DNA from: Candidatus Omnitrophota bacterium
GTDB taxonomy: Bacteria > Omnitrophota > Gorgyraeia > JAUYCX01
Assembly: GCA_030692045.1 (NCBI GenBank)
Contig: JAUYCX010000119.1
Span: 25,688-89,687, forward strand
DNA: 64,000 bases
Direction of reading: 5' to 3'
The first letter of the stretch is position 1. Below: more notes on the stretch, generated by a model that had not been told where the DNA came from, did not search any database, and saw only the letters and a list, made by a program, of their open reading frames with translations. The DNA is not shown here.

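Noticed and set aside
19219-63460. Dozens of short minus-strand and frame +3 ORFs in the track
   Set aside because: They are shadows of the giant frame +2 ORF, with no recognisable motifs or convincing SD. Only 46543-46815 was retained.
19244-64000. Giant ORF as an artefact of stop-codon reassignment
   Set aside because: The segments translated contain no TAA/TAG/TGA in frame +2, and upstream genes end in TAA, TAG and TGA normally.

Overview
AT-rich bacterial window, inferred to be Candidatus Omnitrophota/PVC-like from gene organisation. Nt 1-19,000 hold a Tad/Flp pilus locus. It starts with a partial PpiC-type foldase, cpaB, a secretin fused to a TonB/TolA C-terminal domain, a CpaE-CpaF fusion and DUF192. 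Next come a RAYT transposase with GGGACACATCCC REPs and a degenerate DDE/HTH protein. A variant c-di-GMP-I (GEMM)-like ON riboswitch then precedes 13 consecutive prepilin-like genes, tadB and tadC. From 19244 to the window end, frame +2 is one apparently uninterrupted ORF of at least 14,919 codons; it is missing from the ORF track because it has no stop in the window. It begins with a signal peptide, a C39 peptidase and a double-glycine-type cleavage site. A large hydrophobic/beta-rich scaffold follows, then a string of cargo domains: LanKC/OspF-type lyase, R-S-E ADP-ribosyltransferase, sigma70 region 4 x2, methyltransferases, TPR, HExxH peptidases, a clan-CD peptidase, two M50 proteases, ICMT, LysM x2, an LspA-like domain, GT2, alpha/alpha glycosidase-like domains and Ig-like domains. 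The main candidate novel system is a self-processing bacterial polyprotein. The cargo half is punctuated by internal SPI, lipoprotein, prepilin-type and Tat-like export signals and by RAPP/RGPP/RAGP ribosome-arrest-like motifs. It also carries shared DNA linkers, translated intergenic-type repeats and an out-of-frame nested gene with its own SD. All domain calls come from manual translation and motif recognition, not database searches.
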